From Octopus bimaculoides (Eukaryota): a stretch of 64,000 bases of DNA. The notes under the pieces were generated by a model. That model had not been told where the DNA came from, ran no database searches, and saw nothing but the letters and a program-made list of their open reading frames with translations. The position numbers were made by a program, and so were the translations under genes. Of the stretch, positions 27,838-38,149 are shown piece by piece. The stretch lies in NCBI RefSeq assembly GCF_001194135.2, contig NC_068981.1, forward strand, positions 192,926,963 through 192,990,962, written 5' to 3'. Each line of letters begins with the position of its first letter. Position 1 is the first letter of the stretch.

Positions 27838-29448
27838 CTATGAGGAATTATCGCTTTCTGCACTAAAAAAGTTTTCTTCAACACTGCTGCTGTGCTTAAG
27901 AACCGGACTGCTTCCTACCGATGAAATTACACAAGCTGATGTGTAGGTTGTCGGTTCGTCTCCCACCTCCATAGCTCTTGGTCGTTCTCTTCGGCGTCGA
28001 TGATGTCGGCGGTTGATGACGGGAGAAGATTGTGGCTCAGGGGGTGTTTGTGGCTCACCATTATTTTCAGGAGATCCTTCCTTGGAGTTACGTTGCAGCT
28101 GATAGGTCAAACTCTGCAGACTACGGGATCGAGTATTAACAGCCTTTTCTTCTGTCTCCACTTTGTCAGTACTGATGGACTTATCATCGGCTCCAGGTGG
28201 AGCTGGAGTTTCCTCAACCTCCGTCTGTATTGCTGCTTCCCTCAGCTTTTGGCTCTTGTCTTCTTTTTCAGTTTGTGTCGAGGTAGAAGAGGTTGGCGGC
28301 GCTCTAGTGGGGGACTTTTCTCTCCAATAATCAGCCGCTGATAAAGATCGACGAGGTTGCATTGATACCTTTGGTTTCGGCCGATCCGGATCTTCAATTG
28401 TTCCCAGATCTATACTTCCTGGAGTAAATAAAATTTGCTTGCATACTGTATTAGGGAGTTCCTTAAGCTCAATTTCCGACAGACATGAAAGTTTTTCTTG
28501 CACTTGATTTTTAAGCAGGAGCAGTTCAATATCTTTCCCTTTCAGAACTAACTCAGTCAAGTTACATGTATTTTTCAGACTTTCCAAATTTGACTGCATT
28601 TCCACTTTTCTGTTAATATATTCCATCACCTCAGATCCATACAATGAATGCAATTCTTCAACCAAGGTTTTCTCTTTAGATCGAATTTCAGCAATAAAAG
28701 CAATAGCTACATCATGAATCTTTTGTTCAGCATCTTTGATCAAAGTGTCACATCTGCCAAGCGTATCAATTTGAGTATCATATACATTAATACGATCCTT
28801 GCAAGATTCCAAGAGACGTTGTATACTATCTTTATATTTAACGACAGCATCCGAGAAATTTGTAATTTCATGGTCCTTATGTTCGTTAAATGTACAGAGG
28901 ACACAAATACAAGCTTGGCATGGCTCACAGTAGAATCTAACCACTTCTTCCTTGTGTTCCTTGCATTCAATATCTTTTTCAATTTCCACGTCGAAAAGAC
29001 TGTGAGACTTGGTGACTTTCGTTTCTTTATGCAATTCCACGCATGGTTTGCAGAGAAGCTTATTACAGTCTAAACATTTTGATGATGCTTCTCTGTGTTT
29101 ACGATTTACCATCTTACAGATATCACAGAATGGAAACTTGGATGGTCTTTGTCGTGCCACCACCTCTCCTAAACTTGAGACCAGAAAGTTATCTGGAAGT
29201 TTTTTCACACCACCGATTGGAAGATTGGTTCGTTTCCGACATAATGGACATGTGAATTCACGATAGTCACTATATTTTTTATACGTGCATTCTGACATAA
29301 CATGGTTCTCAATACACTGTTCACAAAATGTATGCAAGCAGTCTAAACATTTTGGGTTTTTAAAGCCCTCCAGACAGATCTTACATGTAAGAAATTCATC
29401 GTGAATTTCCTGGGCTAACTTATTTCCTGTGGTGGTTGTGGCAGCCAT
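27838..29448 (-). CDS. TRIM-family (RBCC) E3 ubiquitin ligase, about 536 aa, TRIM56/TRIM2-3-like N-terminal half, with a disordered C-terminal tail
   Basis: Uninterrupted ORF. C3HC4 RING: CKIC...C-L-H-TF-C-EQ-C...CPLC. B-box1: CDIC...CLDC...C..C...H...H. B-box2: CKEH...CEPC...C..C...H..H. A heptad-rich coiled coil follows, then a Ser/Thr/Glu/Pro/Arg-rich tail. The ATG at 29448 (MAATTTTGNK) has good context (ATC-ATG-G). The first ~36 of the 58 aa upstream in the ORF track come from intron sequence. An in-frame upstream coding exon cannot be excluded. Confidence 0.93.
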   Translation of the reverse strand: MAATTTTGNKLAQEIHDEFLTCKICLEGFKNPKCLDCLHTFCEQCIENHVMSECTYKKYSDYREFTCPLCRKRTNLPIGGVKKLPDNFLVSSLGEVVARQRPSKFPFCDICKMVNRKHREASSKCLDCNKLLCKPCVELHKETKVTKSHSLFDVEIEKDIECKEHKEEVVRFYCEPCQACICVLCTFNEHKDHEITNFSDAVVKYKDSIQRLLESCKDRINVYDTQIDTLGRCDTLIKDAEQKIHDVAIAFIAEIRSKEKTLVEELHSLYGSEVMEYINRKVEMQSNLESLKNTCNLTELVLKGKDIELLLLKNQVQEKLSCLSEIELKELPNTVCKQILFTPGSIDLGTIEDPDRPKPKVSMQPRRSLSAADYWREKSPTRAPPTSSTSTQTEKEDKSQKLREAAIQTEVEETPAPPGADDKSISTDKVETEEKAVNTRSRSLQSLTYQLQRNSKEGSPENNGEPQTPPEPQSSPVINRRHHRRRRERPRAMEVGDEPTTYTSACVISSVGSSPVLKHSSSVEENFFSAESDNSS

Positions 29449-29512
29449 GATATCATTGATGTCAATCGCAGTTGTGTGATATCTACTTCCAACTTCAAGA
29501 CGTCGGCGGTTC

Positions 29513-29560
29513 CTGGAAAGAGATAAAAAAAAAATACAAAGAATTAAAACAAGGGCAACT
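29513..29560 (-). promoter_or_regulatory. 3' splice acceptor of the TRIM coding exon
   Basis: The minus strand reads ...TTTTAATTCTTTGTATTTTTTTTTTATCTCTTTCCAG|GAACCGCC, a long polypyrimidine tract ending in CAG. The exon starts at 29512, 64 nt upstream of the ATG. Confidence 0.8.
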
Positions 29561-29887
29561 GCAATGAAAATAGATATTAAAGAATAACAAGAAACATTAT
29601 GTTCCATTAAACCAATATGCAAAACAAATTAATAAATGAAATAGAAAATATGACAGTCATTGTTGGTTAGGGTCAGAAGTAGTCTAACCATGACCACCCC
29701 TCTTTTTAGATAGTTTATTTCAGACTGCACTATCAAACATGTTCTCTTTTTCATGAAGACTGTAGAGTACGATTTCAGAGAGATTTGGCTGCTATTCCTA
29801 GAAGACTGAGAGACCATGTAATGGCTACCTTGAGAGATCACATAGACGCTGTAAAAAGGAATGTTGTTAATATTGCTGTATAAACAA

Positions 29888-30110
29888 GGTGGCGAACTGG
29901 CAGAAATGTTAGCACAGTGGGCGAAATGCTTAGCGGTATTTCATCAGTCTTTACGGTATGAGTTCAAATTCCGACGAGGTCGACTTTGCCTTTCATCCTT
30001 TTGGGGGTCAATAAATTAAGTACCAGTTGCATACTGGGGTCGATCTAATCGACTGGCCCGCTCCTCCAAAATTTCGGGTCTTGTGTCTACAGCAGAAAAG
30101 AATATTGCTG
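29888..30110 (+). mobile_element. Full-length family A SINE in the TRIM intron
   Basis: GGTGGCGAACTGGCAGAAATGTTAGC head, GAGTTCAAATTCC B-box and GACTTTGCCTTTCATCC central domain. Confidence 0.85.
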
Positions 30111-30408
30111 TTTAAACCCAGGACTAACATGGTCGAGCAGTTCTATGATTAAAAGACATTCTGGCTGTGAATAGCTGATATTTTTCAGAACATAGCATAC
30201 CCTGGATTGTATTACTCAATGTGTCTTTTAAGATATAATTTGAGGGAGATTTGGTTGCTCTTTTTAGTTGGATGTGCAGCCATTATAAACAACTTTGCCT
30301 TTCATCCTTTTCAGGTTGATAAATTAAGTACCAGTAAAACACTGGGATCGATGTAACCAACTAGTCCTGTCCCCCCAAATTTCAGGCCTTGTACCCATAG
30401 TAGAAAGG

Positions 30409-30443
<35 letters not shown>

Positions 30444-30447
<4 letters not shown>

Positions 30448-31618
30448 CAGTGGAAGGGGTGTGTTCCACTGGTTAGGCACTCTATCTGCTGAATGGGGGC
30501 TGGGTGTGCCATGGTGACTGATGTGCAGACATGCGCTCAGGCTATGGCATCTCCAGCATTTCCTTGACAGTGAGCAGGTGTGGTTGCCATTTGTCAGACT
30601 CACAGCTCGTCTCTTTGACTGAGTTGCAAACCTGGATTAGGCGTAGACCAAGGAGGGGCGCTTGACACCTTGAGTGTCATCAAGTGCTCACAGCCCTCCA
30701 CCAGGCGGGCAATGTGGTTGGTGGTAGTTCCACTCTAGTGTTCTATAGAGGGCTATTGAATGGGAGGTGTGACGGCATTCTTGGAGAAACTCTAGGCGTT
30801 GACGAAAATCAATTAACCAGTCTGTTTTGGAGAACTTTCAGGCCTGGACCTATCGATAACTTCCAGAAATCCCTTGCTTGGTAGTGTTACTGAGGGGCAC
30901 TGCTCCTTCAGGATAAACTTTACAGGCACAGAAATGCTGTAAGCTGGGCCTGCCCAAGGTGTGTGCAGAGTGACAAAACCATTCTGCATGCATGCTCTTG
31001 TACAGCACCTGAGCATTGCTGACCTATGGATTTATGTCGAACACCTGCTGTTACATGTAGGATGGATCCAGCTATCCACTGAATCCATAGTGAAGATTGC
31101 CCCCCCCCCGCCCCCCCCCTTCGGCCAGGAGGGGGCATGCAATTTTTATTTGTCTAGTGACTGTAGTAAAGAAGTTGTGTGGTGGACTCGTTTGAAAGGG
31201 CTTTCCTCTTTGGCCAAGCCCTCATCAACTTCTTCAAGTTTCACTTGAAGAGAAAAGTGAGGGTGGAGAGGGAAGTGTTGCCTTTTAGCAAGTTTGTCAA
31301 ACGGTGGGTGAATGTTGGAAGAATGGCCAGTGTGAAAGGACCAATTCTGAGCATACACCTGTGAAGAAGTAAAAGGAGAAGGGCTCTTGGCCTGTTGATC
31401 GGGTACCCGTGGCTTTTGTGGGTTTTTTCACGAGGAACCTTAAAACACCTCCCACTATTGGGAGATTCATGTTGTTTAATTTTTTATCATTTTCTGATGT
31501 TTACATGCTGTAAAACCCTTTGTATCATATGGTGTTGTCTTTTTTGTTGTGTCATATCATTTTATGTTGTTTTATGTAAGCTCTTGTGGCTTATAAAAGA
31601 ATTTATTATTATTATTAT
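30444..31618 (+). mobile_element. 5'-truncated Tx1/L1-clade LINE (ORF2 C-terminus, 3'UTR, (TTA)n end)
   Basis: FWRTF...DNFQKSLAW*CY*GAL...DKLYRH...CPRCVQSDKTILH(fs)ALVQ...LWIYVEHLL (zinc-knuckle region), KEVVWWTRLKG, and FFKFHLKRKVRVEREVL...FVKRW...L* at 31364. GC content is higher than the flanks. Confidence 0.8.
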
Positions 31619-33023
31619 GATGAAAGAAAACCCAACATATGCAATTACGGCTGAAGACCATTTTGGTTCTGAGTAATCAAAATATAAGGAACATGAAGTG
31701 AATAATTCTTTCCTAAAAATGCTCAGTGCATCTTTGTTATTACTTTGTATTTTGAAATAAAACAAGATGAATGACTAATAAAAAAAAAATTGATATGAAT
31801 ACATGTACAATATCTCAAGTACTTCTTCCAATTTCATAAATTTACTGTTCTCAAAGAATATGTTTTTTCTAATATAAATAGATAAATGGCAGAAAATGGA
31901 ATGAATGACATTAAGAAACATCTGGTGAGGTGCATTTTACATCTTGGATGTAAGAGGATGATTACACAACACCTAACCAATGTACTATAGGTGTAAAAAC
32001 GTGTTGAAACTATTGTAGTAGGTTTAAATAAAGAATGACATTCATTCCATTTTCTATCATTATCTCTTTATATAAACTCTATGGATACTATGGAATTCCT
32101 GATGGATATCCAATAGCAGAAGCATTTCCACTGTATGATGACATCAGGTAGCCAATAACTATGGGTGAGCTTTACATAGCACTCTACAATGCTTTTTACA
32201 TGAATCTTATTTAACTATTCTTTCTAATATATATTTCAGTGTGACAACCATCGCAATGGTACTGCCAAGATTTTGCTTTGATTAACTCATTGCATTGCAT
32301 ATGCCACCCTACTCATCTGGAAAACCACAATCTGATTTTCATAAAAAAATCTACAGTACAGCCATTGTCAACAGTTTTCAGATGAATTTTCTGTAATTTA
32401 TGAGTTGAATTGGCTGATGGAAACAAAAAATGCCATACTTTGCAGGGTATTGCTGAAGTAAATCCAAATATTTTAATATTTTACTAAGAAATATTTCTCA
32501 CATCAAAGACTAGTACTTAAAGGATAGTTGCTCTATTCCGCATCATTTTCTGTACTGGGAGCTTGTGTGTTTGGAGATAATTAATTTTGGAGTATGAACC
32601 ACACAATTAGTTTGAAACAGATGCATATATCATCATCGTCCTTTAATGTCCATTGTCCATGCTGGCATGGGTTGGACGGTTTGACCAGGGCTGGCAAGCT
32701 GGAAGGCTGCACCAGACTCCAGTCTGATTTGGCATGGTTTCTATGGCTGGATGCTCTGGGAGTGTAATGGGTGCTTTAATGTGCCACTGGCATGGGTGCC
32801 ATTTGTGTGACACCAGTATCAGCCACAACTGTGATTTTACTTGGCTTGATGAGTCTTCTCAAGCATGACATAATGCCAAAGGTCTTGGTCATTTGTCATT
32901 GCTTTCATGAAGCCCAACACTCGAAAGGAGCTTTTCACATGCCACTGGCACAGGTGCCAGTTACATGACACCAGTATCAGCCACGACTTCAATTTCACTT
33001 GACTTGACAAGTCTTCTCAAGCA

Positions 33024-33059
<36 letters not shown>

Positions 33060-33062
<3 letters not shown>

Positions 33063-33226
33063 GAAATGTTTCGAGCGAGATCGTTGCTGGTGCCCCTGAA
33101 CTGGCTCTTGTGCGGGGCCATCATAGGATTTTCGAGCGAGATCGTTGCCAGTGCTCCTGGACTGGCTCATGTGCGGGCGACACATGAAATCTTTCGAGCG
33201 GGATCGTTGCCAGTGCCCCTGGACTG
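33060..33226. repeat. Tandem ~60-bp CpG-rich unit array running into a ~920-bp N gap
   Basis: Three consecutive units TTCGAGCG(A/G)GATCGTTGC(C/T)(A/G)GTGC.CCTG(G/A)ACTGGCTC, homologous to the RTE 3'UTR unit, then Ns at 33227-34146. Confidence 0.8.
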
Positions 33227-34149
33227 NNNNNNNNNNNNNNNNNNNNNNNNNNNNNNNNNNNNNNNNNNNNNNNNNNNNNNNNNNNNNNNNNNNNNNNNNN
33301 NNNNNNNNNNNNNNNNNNNNNNNNNNNNNNNNNNNNNNNNNNNNNNNNNNNNNNNNNNNNNNNNNNNNNNNNNNNNNNNNNNNNNNNNNNNNNNNNNNNN
33401 NNNNNNNNNNNNNNNNNNNNNNNNNNNNNNNNNNNNNNNNNNNNNNNNNNNNNNNNNNNNNNNNNNNNNNNNNNNNNNNNNNNNNNNNNNNNNNNNNNNN
33501 NNNNNNNNNNNNNNNNNNNNNNNNNNNNNNNNNNNNNNNNNNNNNNNNNNNNNNNNNNNNNNNNNNNNNNNNNNNNNNNNNNNNNNNNNNNNNNNNNNNN
33601 NNNNNNNNNNNNNNNNNNNNNNNNNNNNNNNNNNNNNNNNNNNNNNNNNNNNNNNNNNNNNNNNNNNNNNNNNNNNNNNNNNNNNNNNNNNNNNNNNNNN
33701 NNNNNNNNNNNNNNNNNNNNNNNNNNNNNNNNNNNNNNNNNNNNNNNNNNNNNNNNNNNNNNNNNNNNNNNNNNNNNNNNNNNNNNNNNNNNNNNNNNNN
33801 NNNNNNNNNNNNNNNNNNNNNNNNNNNNNNNNNNNNNNNNNNNNNNNNNNNNNNNNNNNNNNNNNNNNNNNNNNNNNNNNNNNNNNNNNNNNNNNNNNNN
33901 NNNNNNNNNNNNNNNNNNNNNNNNNNNNNNNNNNNNNNNNNNNNNNNNNNNNNNNNNNNNNNNNNNNNNNNNNNNNNNNNNNNNNNNNNNNNNNNNNNNN
34001 NNNNNNNNNNNNNNNNNNNNNNNNNNNNNNNNNNNNNNNNNNNNNNNNNNNNNNNNNNNNNNNNNNNNNNNNNNNNNNNNNNNNNNNNNNNNNNNNNNNN
34101 NNNNNNNNNNNNNNNNNNNNNNNNNNNNNNNNNNNNNNNNNNNNNNATG

Positions 34150-34990
34150 TATTCGGGATCAGTAAAATAAGTACCAGTTGTGTACTGGGATTGATGTAAT
34201 CAATTATCCTCACTACCCTAAAATTTCAGGACTTGTGCCTATAGTAGAAAGGATTATTATTATTATAAATGCAAGCATGGCTTTGTAGTAAGAAGTTTGC
34301 TTTTCAACCACATGTAATCAACTTACACCACCCCTGAAATTGCAGGCCTTGTGCCAAAATTTGACACTTTGTGTGGTGAGCAGGCAGAATCAGCACTTGA
34401 CAGCATTTCTTCAGGCTCTTTAGATTCCGAGTTCAAATCCTCCCATGGTCAACTTTGCTTTGATCCGTCCTGTGTCAGTAAAATAATGTACCAATCATGT
34501 ACTGGGATTAATGACTTTGACAAAACCCCTCCTCCAAATTTCGGGCCTTTTGCTTGTTTCAAAAATGGTTTTGGGGGCAGTGATCTAGTAGAATCACTGT
34601 CGTGAACAAAATGCTTAGCAGCATTTTTTCAGGCTCTTTATGTTTTGAGTTCAAATCTTACCGAAGTCAGCTTTGCTTTTCCTCCCTCTGGGGTTGATGA
34701 AATAAAGTACCAGGCAAATACCAATGTTGTTGATGATGATGATGATTTCAAATTTTGGCACTAGGCCAGCAATTTTAGGGGTCGGGATAAGTTGATTACA
34801 TCAACCCCCCACCTCCAGTGCTCAAATGGTATTTATTTTGTCAACCTTGAAAGGATGAAAGGCAAAGTTGATTTTGGCAACATTTGAACAGCAACAACTA
34901 CACCACCACTACAACAAAAATAATAGCTTCTGATTTAAAGACAAAGCTAGGAATTTTGAAGCGATGTTGTTAGTTGATTGTATCAACCCT
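34150..34990. mobile_element. Second cluster of family A SINE copies in mixed orientation
   Basis: Four to five partial copies share the GAGTTCAAAT.C B-box, the CTTTGC.TTT.ATCC core and the GGCCTTGTGCCAAAATTT tail. Confidence 0.75.
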
Positions 34991-35634
34991 AATACCTAAG
35001 TATCAATCAGGTATTGGGGGTTAGTGTAAATGAGTTTACTCTTTATCACGTTATGATTATATTAATAATGCTTGTGGAGCTAATTGGTTTCAGCTTTGTG
35101 CTACAAGAGAAGTATATTTTCATGAAACAGCTTTAATTTTGAGTAGGCTGCACATTCTCCAGTTGACTCTCCCTAAATCTGCTTCATATTAAGCTTGTTA
35201 GGTTAGATATAAAACACCTGTTTTCTATCTGTGCACATATGTATTTGCATATGTCAATTTGTGATTATATATTATGTATTTATGTATGTGTGTGTGTGTG
35301 TTTACATATATGTGTGTATGTGCATGTGTGTGTGTGGCACGTAAAAAACACCTTTTGAGCGAGGCCGTTGCCAGTACCGTGTGACTGGCCCTTGTGCCGG
35401 TGGCATGTAAAAGCACCCACTACACTCTTAGAGTGGTTGGCATTAGGAAGGGCATCCAGCTGTAGAAACTCTGCCAGATCGGATTGGAGCCTGGTGCAGC
35501 CTTCTGGCTTGCCAGTCCTCAATCAAATCGTTCAACCTATGCTAGCATGGAAAGTGGACGTTAAACGATGATGATGATGATGATGATGATATATATATAT
35601 ATATATATTATTGTCTGAAAGGAGCTGACTCTTA

Positions 35635-35745
35635 GAACTACTATTACTACTACTGATGTCGCTGCTGCTGCTGCTGTTGTCACTGCTACTGCTACCACTG
35701 CTGTTGCTAGTACGACTGTTACTGATGCTGTTGCTGTTGCTGCTG

Positions 35746-35781
<36 letters not shown>

Positions 35782-35785
35782 ACCA
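35635..35785. repeat. Compound (CTA)n/(CTG)n trinucleotide repeat
   Basis: Directly visible; it gives rise to the poly-Ser ORF 35532-35786. Confidence 0.9.
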
Positions 35786-38009
35786 CTGACTTAATGCATG
35801 TAGTATAGAGTTAATAAACAGCTGACTATTGCAACAACTAGTTTGTCAGAAGATTAAACAGGCACAAATGATGTAATGTGCTTAGTTTCAGTATAATATG
35901 ATTTAAAGCTGTGAATACTGTAAAACAATCTTTATAGATACTATTCATTGGCAAACATTACGGCCGTGAGCTGGCAGAATCATTAGTGTGTCAGACAAAA
36001 TGCTTAGTGGCATTTCTTCCAACTCATTATGTTCTGATTTCAAATTCCAATAGGGTTGACTTTGCCTTTCATCCTTTCTGGGTCAATAAAATAAGTACCA
36101 GTCAAGTACTGAAGTCAAAGTAACCAGTTTACCCTCCTCTCCCTTACAGTTGCAGGCCTTGTGCCAAAATTTGAAACAATTAAAGGCAGTGAGCTGGAAG
36201 AATTGTTAATGTGTTGGAAAAAATGCTTTGCAGTATTTCTTCTGGTTCTTTATGTTCTGAGTTCAAATCCTGCCCAGGCCCACTTTGCCTTCTATCCTTT
36301 CATGGTTAATAAAATAAAGCACCAGTCAAATACTGGAATAAAGATAACTGACCAGCCTCCGCCCCACGAAGTTTCTGACCTTATGCCAAACTAGGAAGAA
36401 TTATTTATTGGCATACTGTAGCTTTAGAAGTTGATCTGGACATTTATTGGCTCCTAATTAATTCATACCCCTCTCTCATCCCTGGAATAATTTATTCCAA
36501 TCTTTCATCTAACTTCTTTAGAGTTACTTCCCTTTTGATTTTTTTTATCCAGATTAACAAGGATTAGTAGATTATGCTAAATATTCTTCATTGACTTCTC
36601 ATTGTTCATTTAACATTACATCAACAGATAAGTTTTAAAACCTACAGGAAATTGCTTGGTTCCACGAGTGTCAATTCATTTCAAATTCAGAAAATGAAGA
36701 TGTATTCCACAATATATATTTGCCTTCCCTGCCTGATCAAATGTAATTTTTCTATCTCCAGAGCGTAAAGAACTCTAGCTATATATAATTTCCCCAAAAT
36801 GTCTGAAGACTGCAAAATCTCTCTTCCTAAATCAGGAATTTTATTTTTATGTGAAACTGATTGGTAACATCACTTGTCTATAATATGGTTCTTAATTTAT
36901 AATTTTGTATCTGAATTTTACACACACGCACACACATACACACACACATGCACGCACACTATCATCATCATCCTTTAACATCCACTTTTCCACGTTTGCA
37001 TGAGTCAGGTGGAATTTATTGAGGTAAATTTTTTACTGCTAGATGCTCTTCCTGTCACTAAGCCTTGACTATTTCCAAACAAGGTAATATTTCCCTTTGG
37101 CCAGACATGTTTTTCATGGAAGACTGAGAAGCAAACATCACTTGTATGATGGTAATGTTTGTTTATAACTATCACATAATGTCAAGACAAGGTCACACAC
37201 ACACACACACACACACACACGCATGCATGCACATGTCTACAGCAGGTCTCTTTCAGTTTCCCATTACCAAAATCATTCAGAAAGCTTTGGTTGGGTGGGG
37301 GCTATAGTAGAAGACACTTGCTCAAGGTGCCATGCAAGACCACTGAATCTTAGACTACATGGGTTAGAAGCAAGCTTCTGAATCACACAGGCACACCTAC
37401 ATAACAACAACAACAACAAAACCAACTGTAAGCAGTTATAGTCATAAAAGCCTTTTAAAACACTCTTACTGTTGTGATGGTGCATAGATTAGTGGATTGG
37501 ATGTGGTTTGGATTCTTGGATTGCAGCACATCAATCTCTTGAGTCAGGTATTTCATTTTACAATGCTGTCTACTCAGCTAAAAAGGAACACCAGACTGGT
37601 GTTGTTGCTGCACTCTCGTTTTCATCAGCTCTCATTCTCTGTGTTCTATTACACCAAAGGGTGCTAGGGCTAAGAAGGTATCTATGTGTGCTTGCAACTA
37701 CATGGGTACCTAAAGCAATTAGCAAATGCATGGTAAATGTTGCCAGGTCATTCACTTGTAAGTGATATGTTCTTTTCTTTTAATAATACCATTGTATTTA
37801 TTGTTATTTCCTTTCATGGTGGAAACACATTTTTGTTTCTCTTTAAAGGATGTGACATGCTTTTATAAATTAAACATTGTATGGCTTATATAATAGGCCA
37901 TATTGATGTTCACATGTTAAAGTAAATGAGAATGAGAGGTAATGAATATTATTTTGGATTTGTAATGTAAAAAGGTATAGTTCTATATTTAAGAGATGAG
38001 GAATTATGT

Positions 38010-38149
38010 ACGTTATTTACGTTTGACGGATATTTGTCCTCATCTTGTTTGTTGTTAACATAACGATTCGGCTGGAGTGTATATCAGTCAAAGCATTGTG
38101 TTAGCAACAAACAAGATGAGGATAAATATCCGTCAAATGTAAATAATGT
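38010..38149. repeat. Palindrome with ~55-bp arms and a ~28-bp spacer
   Basis: TTATTTACGTTTGACGGATATTTGTCCTCATCTTGTTTGTTGTTAAC pairs with GTTAGCAACAAACAAGATGAGGATAAATATCCGTCAAATGTAAATAA. Confidence 0.9.

Noticed and set aside
28000-29266. Plus-strand ORFs overlapping the TRIM exon
   Set aside because: They are antisense shadows of a real CDS and contain no recognisable motifs.
29449-29622. Hydrophobic N-terminal 'transmembrane' segment of the 594-aa ORF (SLISIFIAVALVLILCIFFLSL)
   Set aside because: It is the translation of the T-rich intron and polypyrimidine tract upstream of the CAG acceptor at 29513-29514. A membrane-anchored isoform would need intron retention, for which there is no evidence.
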